Positions 1-18,602 are shown, counted from the whole stretch's first letter. The stretch: DNA of 64,000 bases, filler included, from Streblomastix strix (GCA_008636045.1; 4 parts of 4 records of this genome joined end to end with filler, not necessarily neighbours in it), one strand, 5' to 3'. Program-made: numbers and translations. The notes: generated by a model not told the origin, from the sequence alone.

Positions 1-344
1 TATTAAGTCCGCACTATCAAAATCTTGTGGATGACATGTCATATTTCATAAATATGTACTTATCATAAAAATAGTCATTTGTACTAATTTCTATTTAAAA
101 TGCGATTTTCAAAAATTTTATCACATTATTATGAAAATTTTTAGCTTATTTTGTTTTCATTTTTTAATTATATTTTTTGACATAGATTTTTAATTCGTTT
201 ATGTTTCTAACTTATTTTTATTAATTTTTATTCAATTTTGGCATTTAAATTCATGAGGGAATAGTTGGTTGTATGAATAATATCAGTATATTAAATGGAT
301 AATTAACGCAAAAATAATAAATATAATAGATCAGTATAAACTCT

Positions 345-1921
345 TCAATACCAATATGGCTTTGAACTGTTCTTGTCAATAAAAAAGTTAAGCAATAATC
401 CTTCTACTTCTTTTGATTTATCTTTAACATTACCATACAATCCTTTATTAGCTATTTACGCATCAACTTCTTCATTTGCACCTTCTTCCTCGATTTGCTC
501 TATTGATATTTTGGCAAGAAGAGGTTAAGGTGGAAAGGATGGATATTTTGTAATATCTCTTCCATTATTCAGAAATTTTAAGAAATCGGCGATATTAAAC
601 AATTCTTCCCGGATTTCACTATCTCTTTCTTCACTAATTCCTCCTGCTGAACTTATTGCAACGAACAAAACTCCAGCAATACCTATATTCACAAGTTCTT
701 ATTGGTCTAATGCATCGCCGTAATCAAGAATAGTCCAAAGACATCCTCTACTACTGTTTCTTAATGAATATATTTATTTATCATTTTCAGAGTTGAAATG
801 AATTCTTGATTTGTAAATAGCAAGTGCTTTAAGTGAATGAATGAATTTAGGCATTTATATTATTTCTTTGATCTAATTATTACTATAATTCTGGATTTAA
901 TTTGAAAGAAGATTAATAGAAGAAGAAATAAATGACAAGAAAGAGGAAGATTGAGCTTATTATTATCTAAATGATCTCGCTTTCTTATCAAGTTGAAATT
1001 ATGTTGCAAAAGAAATAATAGTATGTGTAAGATGAGGGATTATGTTATGGTCATTCACTAACATGTCTTTAAATTCTTAATTATTACATGAAAACTGTGC
1101 AAGAGATTATAATACGACGGTTTAAAAATATATTAAAGCATCTGATTGTGGAATACTGATACATTGTTAACAATTAACTTCAGGAGAACAATTTAGATGA
1201 ATGAATTGGCAAATTCTTTCTTTCTATATCTCAATTATCTAATTTGGAATTCTTGTTTCCCAATCATACTAACCATTTGAGTCTTTCTCTCTAATTATTG
1301 GAGAAACTTTTATTAATTATGAAGATTATTTTAATTCATTTTCTATTTATTCATTCGCATATTCATTATTAATTTCTTTGATATTTACTTTTACATTTAA
1401 GGTATTGATTAAATTTGATATATTGATTATATTCTTAACAACAACTTCAACACATGAATCAGTCATTAATTAATCATATTCTCTACCTTTCATTATTTAA
1501 ATATATATTCTAATTAATTGTTCGGTTTCTACTGAATATTTTATTTCTTCTTTTTCTTCTAAAATCTTATTTTTAATCATTTATTCAATCTTATTAAGGA
1601 GATCAGAATCATTAATGTCATCAAAGAAAGGATCAAATATATTCAATGAATGATATATCTATTCTCCTTTTTCTGCTACTAATTCAATTATATTTAATAA
1701 TATCTTTTTTATTCTAGTTGGACAATCATTAATGTATTTTTGAATTAATTTAAATGCATCAATATTAAATATCTTTTTTAATTCACCCTGATCTTTTTTT
1801 TTTCAATTCAGAATATATTTCACTTATGTTAATTTGTTTCACTTCATCATTTATTGTCTTAGATTCAATAATATTTTGAATATCTTTAAATTTTTAATCC
1901 ATTTAATATACCTGATGCATT
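345..1921 (-). CDS. Uncharacterised helical-repeat-like protein, 3' part (code 6)
   Basis: Minus-strand reading frame ending ...EQIEEEGANEEVDA...SSKPYWY then TGA at 345-347. An apparent intron acceptor near 1922 means the 5' end is uncertain. Confidence 0.5.
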
Positions 1922-2348
1922 CTAAATAAAAATAAATTAAATAAATAAAATTAATGTTTAGAAATTTATTAAATAATATTTAATAGAAAGAATATTAAAA
2001 AAATTAGTTCGGTTAAAATGTGATTTCTTAATATTATTCTTAGCTAGTATGAATATAATTAATAGGTGAGTCAAAATAAATTAATGGAATATGATAATTG
2101 AATTTCACTGTTCTACAGTTGTAAATGAGGGCGTGGAATTTGCAAATTAATGTACTGTAGTTATAAACCAGTATTAGACATTATCTTTCTAATAAATATT
2201 AGTTATGTTATTAAATAATACACGACACGAATATAAAACCAGAAATATCATAGAATTTTGATCTAATAAAGGCTTGAATTTCGTTGAAACTTTTAGTTTT
2301 TTAAAACCTGATGTTGTCATATTAAAATGTGAATAAACTAATTTTTAT

Positions 2349-5186
2349 TAGGCCTGGCAAAATCGACATATTCAGGAGAGTCATGTCTGTCTACCAATTA
2401 ACTTTTAAGATTACTAGTGTCTTTATTAAAATTAATTATTTGGTAAAAATTCTTATTTTCCAAAATCTTTCTTGGTTCAATCTATTTAGAAATTCAAAAA
2501 TATAATCAGATTAATTGTTAGAGTAACTTAAATTAAATTTTTATTTATTCTTTTCATCCATCATCTAATTTTTTACTTCGAAATTTATGCTGAGACAAAT
2601 TAAGTTTCTCGAAATAGCTTCAATAATGAGGCGCATTACAATCAGATATTATATTTTATTTACTTTAGATATCATCATTACTATAGATATTTATAACTAC
2701 ATAAAAAACTATTTTATTAGAAAGCTAATACAGTGTTTTTATTTTTCCTTCTCAATCTCATACGCCAATGTATTATTTATATATTAATTCTTTTTAAATT
2801 CTTTTCATTATTTTTTTACAATTTATAATATATAATATAAATATTTTTGTCTATTTTTTGTCAAGAAACTTGCATAATAATTTTTTCTTAATAAATTTTG
2901 ATTTACGTACTATAATTGACTTTATTTTTTATTTATTAATATATTTTGTAAAAATTATTCTTTTAATTCATTTTATTTTTATAATTATATTAGTTATTTT
3001 TATCAAATGGAATTTATTTTATCATATGATTTATACGATTTACAGTAATTTTATTATTTATTCTCCGGACTAGCACACTGAGTTCCCTCATAAGCACATA
3101 AAAAAGATTGTATCTATTGCAATATTTTGAAGTGGACCATACATCACGTTTAGCGAGAAAACGCGCACGAGCTATTCAGTATATTCTTTCCTCTCCATCT
3201 TATAATTAGTTTCTTAAATTATTATTTTTTATCTTATAAACACTTATTAAGCTGATATTGCAATATGGGACTATGATGCAAGGAGAATGCATTACAAACT
3301 ACATTATCACAATATAATAATCTAAAGAATATTTTTTCCCCGCTTTTTAAGAATGCATTGTCACTTTTGGAGGATTCGATGATAATAATATAGTTTAGAA
3401 TGTGGCATGGAGAAAACCAAGTATGAAAAATAATATTTAGATTAAATTTAATTCACATTCAATTTTTTATTTAGTTATATTTAAATATATTTTCAGTTTA
3501 TTGTTAGAGTAACTTGAATATACAAATTTCTTCGGGTTCTATAACAATTTGGATGAATCATTCAAAACAAGGAACTTATGCAACCAATAAATATGGATCA
3601 TTGATTACAAGTACGCATAACTCATCAAAAATTATACCATATAAAATCATATGAGGTAAGTCTGAACAACTACAGTCAATGATAATGATGACAAATACAC
3701 TAATCTAGATTCTACAACAGGAGATTTTGTTGTTCTGATTATCAGATGTTAACATGAGTATGTTCATTTTGATATAATAATTTTCAATTATTTTATATTT
3801 TATTAAATAAATTTTGTTTATTTAACAATTAATTATATAATTAATAATTATTTACAATTGAAATATTTACAATTTATATATAATTTTCTTAGTTTCTTAA
3901 ACGTCATATCCATCTGAAACAAATGCTCAATGGTTCAACTTTCCAAGGATTAAATTATTAACCTGGCAATTCTCACATTGAATATAGTTCAGATAGTTTA
4001 GCAACATATTTTGATACATTTGAATGAATCAACTTCGTGAAGATGAACTGTCAGATATGGAGCTCTTTGATATTGCTGTGAATCCAAATTTGATGAAGTT
4101 TGCAGTAGCAGATCAATTAGTAATAATCTATAACATGTGTAACATGATCGCCAGATGGAGCACAAATTGTGTCAGGCAGTGCTGATGATAAAATCTTCAA
4201 CTGATAAACTCCAAGATGATGATTGTTCAAACACCATTTTACTAAAATTTCAATTTAAATCAATAAATTTGTACGCATAAATTATTATATATTTACAAAT
4301 GTATTTATTTATTTAATAATTATAAAGAAAAATTACAAATTGAAATAAATTAAATTAAAAATGAAATTTAAGTACAGTGAAACAAAGTTTCAAATAAAAT
4401 ATTTAAAATAAACATAATAGTATGATAATATTTGTATGAATAAATACAATTTTTTAAAGGATTAAACGATAGAAGTTGATAAAAATTGAGTGGAACGAAA
4501 ATTTAAAAAACTTTTTATAATTTGTTTAAATTGAATAAAATATATTAAAAATAATATAAGATAGAAATTTTATTTAAGAATTTAAATAATTGTTGTCAAC
4601 TTCACTGCAATAGCGCATATTTCCCAAAAGTTGGAAAAACTTCATTAGCAATGAGAGTTATAAGTATTAAAAATATTAATCATATATAAAAAATTAAATT
4701 ATTAATGTTTCCAACAAAATTTTAACTTTTATACTCTACTTACCAGATTGTTAATCAAGATTAAAGCCACAATGGAGCCTCCAGACAGACAGACTGTCTG
4801 TCTGTCTGTAATCCCCATAGCGGTGTAAATCGAATATATCAATCTTCAATCATGCTCTTAAACATTCTGGTTTTCATATGATTGCTACTAATTAATTATA
4901 TTAATTATAAATAAATATAATATATATTATTATAAGAACTATTTAATTTGCAATTTTAATACATTAATCTTCATCATGTTCTTAAATGTGTTTAATTTTA
5001 TATTATTGTTATTGAATAATTAAAAAATTAATAAATATATGCTATGTATATCTAAATAATATCTTTTTATTGACTAATTTCAATGTTTGAAATGATTGAA
5101 ATTTTAATTGGGAGACACGGTCTATGTCGACAGCTCGAGGGTTTTGTCTGTCGAAAATTGACTTCGTGCCGATTTTGCCAGGCCTA
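2349..5186. mobile_element. Non-autonomous hAT-like DNA transposon (2838 bp)
   Basis: 17-bp perfect TIR TAGGCCTGGCAAAATCG (2349-2365 and 5170-5186) flanked by an identical 8-bp direct repeat ATTTTTAT (2341-2348 and 5187-5194). TAGG termini with an 8-bp TSD are typical of hAT elements. No transposase seen inside. Confidence 0.8.
3070..4230 (+). pseudogene. Decayed WD40-repeat gene fragments inside the hAT-like element
   Basis: Fragments such as SPDGAQIVSGSADDKI (about 4148-4195), GGFDDNNI..RMW (about 3369-3406) and ISSGSITIW, broken by frameshifts and intron-like AT tracts. Confidence 0.5.
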
Positions 5187-5688
5187 ATTTTTATTTATTA
5201 ATTAATAATAATAATTCACGCATTATTACAAAAAATTGATAATCCAGAAAATATACTTCCACATCAAGAGAGAAGTAAACAGATCTTTCAGTGAATATTT
5301 AGATAAAAGATAATTAATGAAAATATTTAGCATTAAATTGTATATATGAATCAGATATTATGACTAATCAATGTATTAAGCATAAATCAGTCAAGAAAAA
5401 ACGATAATTCATTTTCTATAATTAATTTCTAACTCTTCTTTATCTTATTAATTCAGCACAAATTGTGTATTAAATAAATAATTATATTATTTTTATTACA
5501 AATAAATTAAAATATGGTATTGTTTCATTTGTTTTTTACAAAATTATTATTTATATTTGAAAAGACCTAAAAGTTATATTGAATTGAAGCTACTAGTTAA
5601 AAAATCATATCAAATTGAACTAAATTATAAACAAACTCATTTCAATAGAGCAATCAATATTCAATTTAATCTTTTTTTATTCATTCAT

Positions 5689-10316
<4,628 letters not shown>

Positions 10317-11740
10317 ATGTATTGTAGAAAGTTAGTATCTATAAGAAAAATAAAGAATAAGTTTCCACATAAGTGGATATGATGGGAAAATTCAAAGAAA
10401 GGAAGGCTGAAACTTGGATAAATATATCATTGAGTTTGATATTACTATAATATATGTTAAAACTTGCAAGCATAAATAATAACTAGAAAATTTATTAATA
10501 GAATATAAAATATTAATATGCAGTTTGAGTGATGATTCGAGCAAGTTGGAAAAAATAGTCGAGACTTTTTCTTGCACAAGGTTAGTAAGGCATGCAAAAA
10601 TATTTCAAGCCTAAGAGATTCAAATTTTATCTTTAAGAAATAAATGTCAAATTCCTTATGAACAACATATAGCAGCGCTGGTAAAAAAAGTTTAAATAAC
10701 TTCGCTCAGGAGATGTATAATTAATTCATAATTTTAATGAAATTGGTAGTCGTCCACACACAGATAATGATGTGATAACGAATGACAAACGGCGCACAAA
10801 AAATTCACAAAAAAACGGCCAATCTAATAAGACTGATTAGAATTCAACTCGCCAATCATAATATAATTCTCTTTCTAATGAATATTTTTATATTTGCATT
10901 ATCTCTTTTAAAATAGATTTTAATATTATAATCTAATACGTAACTATTTTAAATTCAAAATTATGCAAATATCAAAATATTATATGAACGTTCAAAATTA
11001 ATAAAATATTATAGTTAAGAATGAAAATAAAGAAAGTTTTGTTAAAGTTTAGATTGTTTTTTTTTAAGAAAAGTTGCAATTAAAGGATTTAATTATGCTG
11101 TCATATTTTAAGAAAGTCATTAACATACTATATACTTTAATGAGAGAAAATTTTGAAAAGAGTTCAAGAAACATTAATATGCTTCATTTATTTGGCATAT
11201 TTAATACAATTGATAGTGAAAAGCATTTTTAACTTTTTTAATTTTTACGATTATTTCAAACATATTTGTAGTTTTTTTTCTCAATAATTTTAAATTATTT
11301 TAAATATTTGTTGATTTATAACAAATAATCAAAAAAATTGTAATCTTTCTATGTTTAAAATCGATTTTTATTATTTTTTCGAATTTCTGGAATCATTGTA
11401 GGAAGCAAAAATCTAAAAAAATTAAAAATAGCTGACCGTGTTTGCCCTTTCCATTAAAAAAAATTTTTGTAATAATTATAACAAAAATATTTATATAAAT
11501 TAATTTAAATGAAAATATTAAATTTCTAATGCATCTTTGAGACATAAAAATGAAATTTTTATTTTGCCATTTTTTTCCAATTGGGAGATTCCCAGCGGAC
11601 CTAAACATGTAATGTTTTTTTGAAATAAAAATGAGTAATTAATTTTTAAATGGTCACTGAAATATAATAAACATATTTTAAATCGATATCCGAACGGAAA
11701 TAAATATTTTTGTTTTTTCACCCAATTTTAAAAAAAAATC

Positions 11741-13653
11741 ATGGAGCGTGATGAGAGCCCTAGCGAAGATAACGCTATGACACTAGACGAAGCCCTAAAA
11801 TAGCTTCATCAAGAAAGGGAAATGAAAAAGCTAGGATTGCTTAATTTACTGAATTTTCATAATCAAATTCCACTCGAATTTTAACCTGCATGTCGTGCTG
11901 TGGCGTTTTCGTTTGGCCTATCATTTAATGAAGATGGAAGTTTCTCATTTCCAATGTCTTGAACAAGTAGGTATACTGCATGAAAACGAATTTAGGAGTA
12001 GAATTTCAAATCTACAAGAATTAATGTAATTCCTCCTCTCAATGGGATTAGTCCAAATACAAACGAGTTTAAGATTATTGATTCGGTCATCAAGTTTTTC
12101 AGTTATGATTAATAAAAAGATTTTCAAATCCAAACTTTTATAAACAATCAATAATTTAATAATAAAGTAAAATGAAAAAGAAGTCAAAAGGTTAAAGAGG
12201 AAAAAGAAAAAATATAGGATGGAGAAAAAATGCTTCATCATAATTGACATAACTGATAGACGACGAACAAAAAGAAACTCCAACTCCTGATTTGTTTCCT
12301 TCACGATTTCCTTAAGAGAATTCAGATTCAGAGATTGAAAGTAATACTTAAAATATTATTGTTCATTACGGAGTTTAAAAACAGTTATAACTAATTAAAG
12401 AAGGAAAATATTAAGATATTGAAGATATTAAAAATATTAGATTTTATGGTGGTTATCAATTCTTAGACGAACCTAGATTTATTAATGGCCCTAAAGATAA
12501 TATCTTTAACTTTATCAAAGCATTATTCCCATGGATCCCGCTGTCCAGGTGTGCATTTTTTAGGAGGACCAAACTATTACAATAACCTAAGAACAGGACC
12601 GACCTTTGTTCAATACGTTTTGTTGCAGAACTTCTTTTTTTAGGATCTAAGAAGAAGAGATATTTGTATAGAAGATGCTACTGAATAAGAAAAAAAATAC
12701 ATTGAAATGTTTAGAATTCATAAGTGACGTGCAAACCACTAACGAGAATGTTTCCACTCGGACTTATTATCTTTATCTTAAGGACAAGCAGTTATTCTTG
12801 GTGATTTTAAGGAAAACCTAAAAATAATATAGAAAAGACAATAATTAGGTAAAGATTATTTCTATCAACATCCTATAACATGTTTATCTTTCATCGTACA
12901 TACATAATCTAAAAAGAAAGTATATACCTTTCTATCGAAATGTCTTTCTCATACCACATCTTTTGTATTGAAATGCATTGAACAGTTAGTTAAATTTCCT
13001 ATAGTTAGCGGAATACAAACAATTAAATGGTGGTCTGATGGTGGACCTCATTTCAAGTCAGAATAATTCATTGGTGAGCTGGGGAAAATTTTAATAATAG
13101 ATTTGGTAAAGAAAGATAAATAATTGCTCAATTTTTTACACCTTCCCATGGTAAGTCTGAAGTTGATGGTATCTTTGGATTCTTTTCCAATTTGATCAAT
13201 TCTAATTTATCTCAAGAAGGAATAGGAAATCTAAATGAATTAATTACATTCTTCGATGAATAAGCAAACTAAGTTAAAGTTGGAAAAGAACAAGATAAAA
13301 AATATGAATTCATAAAGTTTACATCAACATTTTATTAATATTACTATTTATTAATTTATTTATAAATATTAAGTATTGAATGCAAACGATTGCAGAAGCA
13401 TGTGCATAAGTTGGAAATCTAAGGATTCAGACGAAACTTCTGGTTTACAAGAAATGGTGACATGTTGCTAAGTTCAGTCCAATCAAATCCTGAACAAAAC
13501 CAAATTGAATAAAGACCATTTAGTACAAAAATGGCAGAAGTTAGTAGTAATTTAAAAACTTCTACTGCTCCAGTTAAACAGCGAGAATCGCTACAAGCAC
13601 TTATTGAACATGGAATTGCTCAAATGACGAATTAACATCTTAACGGTCTCTGA
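11741..13653 (+). pseudogene. Sola2-like DDD transposase, decayed
   Basis: Motifs TDLC, LGDFKEN, WWSDGGPHFK and FTPSHGKSEVDGIFG match the DFxEN / SDG / HGKxxxDG pattern I associate with Sola2 transposases. In-frame TGA at 12725-12727. Confidence 0.65.
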
Positions 13654-14394
13654 ATTATATGTATAATTATTAAATTGTAATATATGTATCATAATTTAAT
13701 CGTATTTATTAATAAACCTGAAAATAGACTAGTTTGTGACTTCATATAATGCAGATATTATTTTAGACTGTTTTGTTTTTTTGCGCTTACACAGAAGTTC
13801 GAATTCTACTTTTAGTGTAAAAAATAAATGATAAATATAAAATGATAAATTTGATTATAATTTCAATTGGAATTTATATCTAACTAATGAAAAAAATAGA
13901 TTTTTTATTGCAACATCATAACAGTTTAATATGTAGAATTTCATCAAAAAAATAGAACAAAAGATATGTATAGAGAAATATATGATATAGCATGATATAT
14001 GCAATTGCATGGAAAAGCAGAAAAATGAAAAAATTTGAAAGAGGGCGATTTTGACTTCATAAACTTAAAATTTCAATAAATAATTGTTAAATTTTATTAC
14101 TATTGATTAAATCATCGAAATATGCAGATTGTAATTAGACATTAAATGAGTGCGTTTTCAGTAATCATAACGTATTTTATATTTATTTAGAACAACAAAA
14201 TGAGTTTTATAAGAAAAAAGATGACTTTAAAAATTATTTATTTAAGATATATTTATTATTTATATCATATAAAATAGCTTTACAACAATTTATCATATAG
14301 AGTGCTATATGTGTCTTGACAAATGTCCCAATTAACTATCATCATAACTGACTTTAATTATGAATTTGTTATTTCTGCACGACAATTTATCATA

Positions 14395-15130
14395 TTATGC
14401 TTTTTCAGTGGAGATAACTGGAGTTTGTGATGAAAGCGTATAGTGGAGAAGTGGATTGGGTACAATCTTGGTCTGGAATTCAGTCATATCGATGTTCAAT
14501 GCATCAACAAATCGAAAAGATGCGGTTAGAGATGAAATAAATAGTCCTATCAATCTGTTCAAGTTCGTGTATGTTGGACGTTCAATATCTAATGAACGAC
14601 GGTAGATATCATAGATGGCATCATTATCCAGCATCACAGCAACATCGGTGTGCTCCAGAAGAGAGTGGGTTGACAAGACGCAGTTGTATGGCTCTACGAC
14701 CGCTGTTGCAATCTGCGGTGATGGGTACACTGTAAATGACAACTTTGACTTCTTTCCATAGTCCATGCTCAGACGCTAAAGAAGAAGTGAGCCAAGACCA
14801 GCTCCTGTGCCTCCACCAACTGAGTTGAAAACAAGGAAGCCCTGAAGACATGTACAGTTGTCCACCAGCTTGCGGATGTGATCAAGGCACAGATCGACTA
14901 TCTCCTTACCGATGGTGTAGTGGCCACGTGCGTAGTTGTTTGTTGCGTACTCTTTCCCTGAGATAATTTGTTTAGTGTGGAAGAGCTCTCTGTTTGTTCC
15001 AGAGCGGACCTCATCGGCAACTGTTGGCTCGAGATCAATGAAAATGGCGCGAGGTACATGTTTGCCAGCTCCGGTCTCTGAGAAGAATGTGTAGAACGCG
15101 TCATCATCGCCGCCAATTGTTTTATCGCTC
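14395..15130 (-). pseudogene. TUBA: Alpha-tubulin pseudogene (roughly residues 38-281)
   Basis: [34 protein letters not shown] and [12 protein letters not shown] are present, but with many substitutions at invariant sites and truncation at both ends. Confidence 0.9.
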
Positions 15131-15944
15131 AATTTCTGAGCAAATAAATGATCAAAATAAAATAGTGTATAAATAATATTAATTAAATTATTCAATTATA
15201 TTAATATATAAATAATTTAATTAATAAAAAAGCATTTTCATTGAAAAACATACATTTATAACATTTTCGGTTCAGTAGCAAATTCTCATTCAACAGAGAG
15301 ATAAACTACCATAATTTTAATGAAAAATAATCATAGTTATAAAGATAAATAAAAAAATCCAAAAATTTTCTTATAATGTAATTATATATTAAGTAGAACA
15401 AGAAACATTTTATATTTTGTAAGAATTTAAATAAAAAATTTATTCATTATATGTACAAATAAATTGAATTAAAAAATAAATTTAGATAAACGATTAAAAA
15501 AAGATTTTGATAATAAAGATATTAAAAAATTTGTAAAATTTGTTGTATTGCAATTTATTACTCAGTTTGTGATTATTTCAGTTCAAAAATTAAAAAAAGG
15601 TTAAAACTATTAATTATAATATGAAAATTTATATTACAATATAATATTAGTTTTTTTTTTTTTAAATATTTAAAGATAAGGATATAATTATTTTGATTTA
15701 TATCGTAGCAACTTTTATCCATAACTCAATTTATTTATCCATAACTAAATTCTAAATAAATATTTATATGAATATAAATATGTTTCGTAAAAAAATAAAC
15801 AAATTAGAAATTGATTAGGCGAGTTTTTAAGCTTTTTATTAAAATTTTTTAAAATGTAAAATTATCAGGAAAAATAAGTTCAAAAATGGAAAATTTGTTA
15901 AAAAATGATGTATCAATTGATACAATCTAATGTTAACATAGTAA

Positions 15945-16044
15945 NNNNNNNNNNNNNNNNNNNNNNNNNNNNNNNNNNNNNNNNNNNNTTAATTAATTAA
16001 NNNNNNNNNNNNNNNNNNNNNNNNNNNNNNNNNNNNNNNNNNNN
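15945..16044. other. Artificial contig linker
   Basis: N44-TTAATTAATTAA-N44. Confidence 0.98.
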
Positions 16045-16610
16045 ATTATGATATTGATTATGATATTGATTATGATATTGATTATGATATTGATTATGAT
16101 ATTGATTATGATATTGATTATGATATTGATTAGTTTGATTAAAGAATTGTATTGATTAATTATATTGATTAGTTATATTGATTAATTATATTGATTAATA
16201 ATTTTGGTTAATTATTTTATACTATCTGTCACGCTGTCACGCTGTCACGCTGACACTCAAACTTCTATAATAGGCCTAGGTGGCAGGTGGCGGTGGCAAG
16301 TTATTTTTATATTAGTTGTAGTGATTAGTTATATTGATTAATAATTTTGGTTAATTATATTGATTAATTATATTGATTAATTATATTGATAAGTTTGATT
16401 AAAGAAGTATAGTGATTAATTATATTGATTAATTATATTGATAAGTTTGATTAAAGAAGTATAGTGATTAATTATATTGATTAATTATTTTATACTAGCT
16501 GTCACGCTGTCACGCTGTCACGCTGACACTCAAACTTCTATAATAGGCCTAGGTGGCAGGTGGCGGTGGCTGATTATTTTTATATTAGTTATATTGATTA
16601 ATTATATTCA
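16045..16610. repeat. Terminal repeat region: 12-bp tandem array plus duplicated GC-rich module
   Basis: (ATTATGATATTG) about x7 at 16045-16130. The module (CTGTCACG)3-CTGACACTCAAACTTCTATAATAGGCCTAGGTGGCAGGTGGCGGTGGC occurs at 16226-16297 and 16499-16570, with a diverged inverted copy at 24929-25001. Confidence 0.85.
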
Positions 16611-17138
16611 ATTAGTGTTGTTTGATTAATCTGTTATTCCAAAAGCAATTGTTAGGTCATGAATCGAAACATTAAATTACTTATTATTATATAACCAGAT
16701 TATTCCTTGAAGGATAGCATCAGCTACATCATCTTTTTTTTATAGTGAATGGAAGTAATTAAATGTATTACGTTAGCTTAGTAATTTGGTTATGTAAGAT
16801 ATTGATTATTATTTATGGTGTTTATTTTTCGTATCATATTATTAATGGATTGAAGTAAACTTTGATTTGGGATCAAACATAAATATTTTATCTGTATAAG
16901 TTAGTGCTAAAGCTACTACAGCATATTGAAGTTCCATTGCTATTGTATTAAACTAAACTTATCTCTCTATTATAACATAATCAATTGTACCGAATTACTA
17001 CTATATTTATCTGAACAATTCACGAATACAGATACACCTATTCACTATTACTGATTAATCTACTGATTAATTATTTTGCTATGTTATATTTATCTTATTT
17101 ATTTTTAACTTATTTATATTTATCTTATTTAGCAACAT
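16608..17138 (-). CDS. RuvC-fold Holliday junction resolvase, poxvirus A22/Ydc2-like (probably N-terminally truncated)
   Basis: Code-6 translation contains IDYVIIERQ and KKDDVADAILQG, matching the E and DxxD motifs of A22/Cce1/Ydc2 resolvases. The N-terminal DxG motif is absent. Confidence 0.75.
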
Positions 17139-18212
17139 TGAACTCCCACTAATAAGGAAACTATCTATGAATTTATGTACAATCATCTAGTCGAGCATAA
17201 GCTTCCTCATGATATTATGGAAAGAAAATTAATAAATCTAGTAGATACAATGAATTAAGTAATGAGTTTTAATAATTATTATCTATGGTTATTGATGGAT
17301 AGTTGTCACTTCATAATAGATGAAATCGTTAGTGTTACAACATTTACGAAACATACTAATTTCAATTCATTTGTTAAGGAATTTATGAGTATAAGATAGC
17401 AAGCGAAAGATGACCATAATGATGGTCTTGCGTAATTTGCAAAAATAGTATTGAATAGAGCATTCGGTGGTGATGCATTGAACAGTGAGAAATATTCAAA
17501 TACTAAACTGCTATTGTCTGAACGAACATTTCTATAGCACATGATGTCAGGATTCTTTAATTCTACAGAATTGAACGATGATTTGTACGCTGTATAAGTC
17601 GATAAAGAGAATTGTCACTGTAATACTTGTTTATAAGTAGCATATTTCGTATTAGATTCAGCTAAATTTTGGTACGTTAATTTCATATATAGCTTTATGT
17701 ACAAAGCATACGACATGAGTAGGATGCACTTCGTTCAGTGTGATACTGATAGTTTGACATGGGTGATTAGCGGTGATTCAAATCGTGGTCCCGAGTAACT
17801 GTTCGAAGCAGTTATCAAAGACTAATAGTTCCATGATAGGTACAAAGATAATGTGTATACAGATAACGGGAAGAAATTGATATTGCATATAGGTGTGGAA
17901 AAATACGGATCAAACTGTATTGCTTTATTACCTAAAAATTACATAATTAATAATAAGTTTGTGCTTAAAGGAAATATATTGGATCAAAACCCGTAGATAA
18001 ATTAATGAACGTTTATAGACTATATTAACAAGGGTAGTGTAACAACAGCTGTAAATACAACGTTAGCATAGCATAGAGGTGTAATGAGCAGGTTATAAAT
18101 GAGTCGTAACGCAATCACAGGTTCAATGACGAAAATGATAGTTCTTCCGAATCAATCGTGTCTTCCATTCATACATGAGATTAAAGCAGATAGATATTTT
18201 ACTAAATAATGA
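17130..18212 (+). pseudogene. Protein-primed family B DNA polymerase, C-terminal remnant
   Basis: KIVLNRAFGGD (motif B) and QCDTDSLTW (motif C), colinear with the pPolB at 43436-48003. The 5' part is missing and there is an in-frame TGA at 18006. Confidence 0.85.
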
Positions 18213-18236
18213 TTAATTTATTTTTGCTTTAATGAA

Positions 18237-18578
18237 ATGGACAAATAAGACAAGTACAAAGATGTTGCTGATAAACTTAATTAATGCACTTCATAAATGC
18301 GATAGACTAAGGAATTATTCAAATTATCTATGTAATTATAATAAATTATTGACCAGTTAAATTAATGTGCAGATCAATTAGATGCAAAAAAGTGTATATA
18401 AAAATAAAGCAAATCAATGTAAGAATTACTAAAATAAAAATTAGAGAAGGAAATACTGAATTTTAGTGCTGAAAACAGTTCATTGAACAGATTACATAAT
18501 GCATTAATTAATTACGATGAAGCACGAAATAATTATAAAGATGAATTAGAACAGATAGTCGAGAAAACTGATGTGTGA
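18237..18578 (+). CDS. Hypothetical coiled-coil protein (113 aa)
   Basis: Open code-6 frame MDKQDKYKDVADKL...EKTDV, bounded by TTATTTTT motifs. Confidence 0.55.
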
Positions 18579-18602
18579 TTGATTTATTTTTTGGCTAATG
18601 AA

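Noticed and set aside
14395..15195. Two separate tubulin ORFs in the track, or a novel tubulin class
   Set aside because: One frame in code 6; truncated and randomly substituted, so it is an alpha-tubulin pseudogene.
15945..16044. TTAATTAATTAA palindrome within N runs (also 31982-32081 and 48004-48103)
   Set aside because: Identical artificial linker. Adjacency across it is not biological, so elements A and B cannot be assumed contiguous.
16045..16610. Repeat array resembling a CRISPR or telomere
   Set aside because: No unique spacers, no cas genes, eukaryotic context, and not a G-rich telomeric unit.
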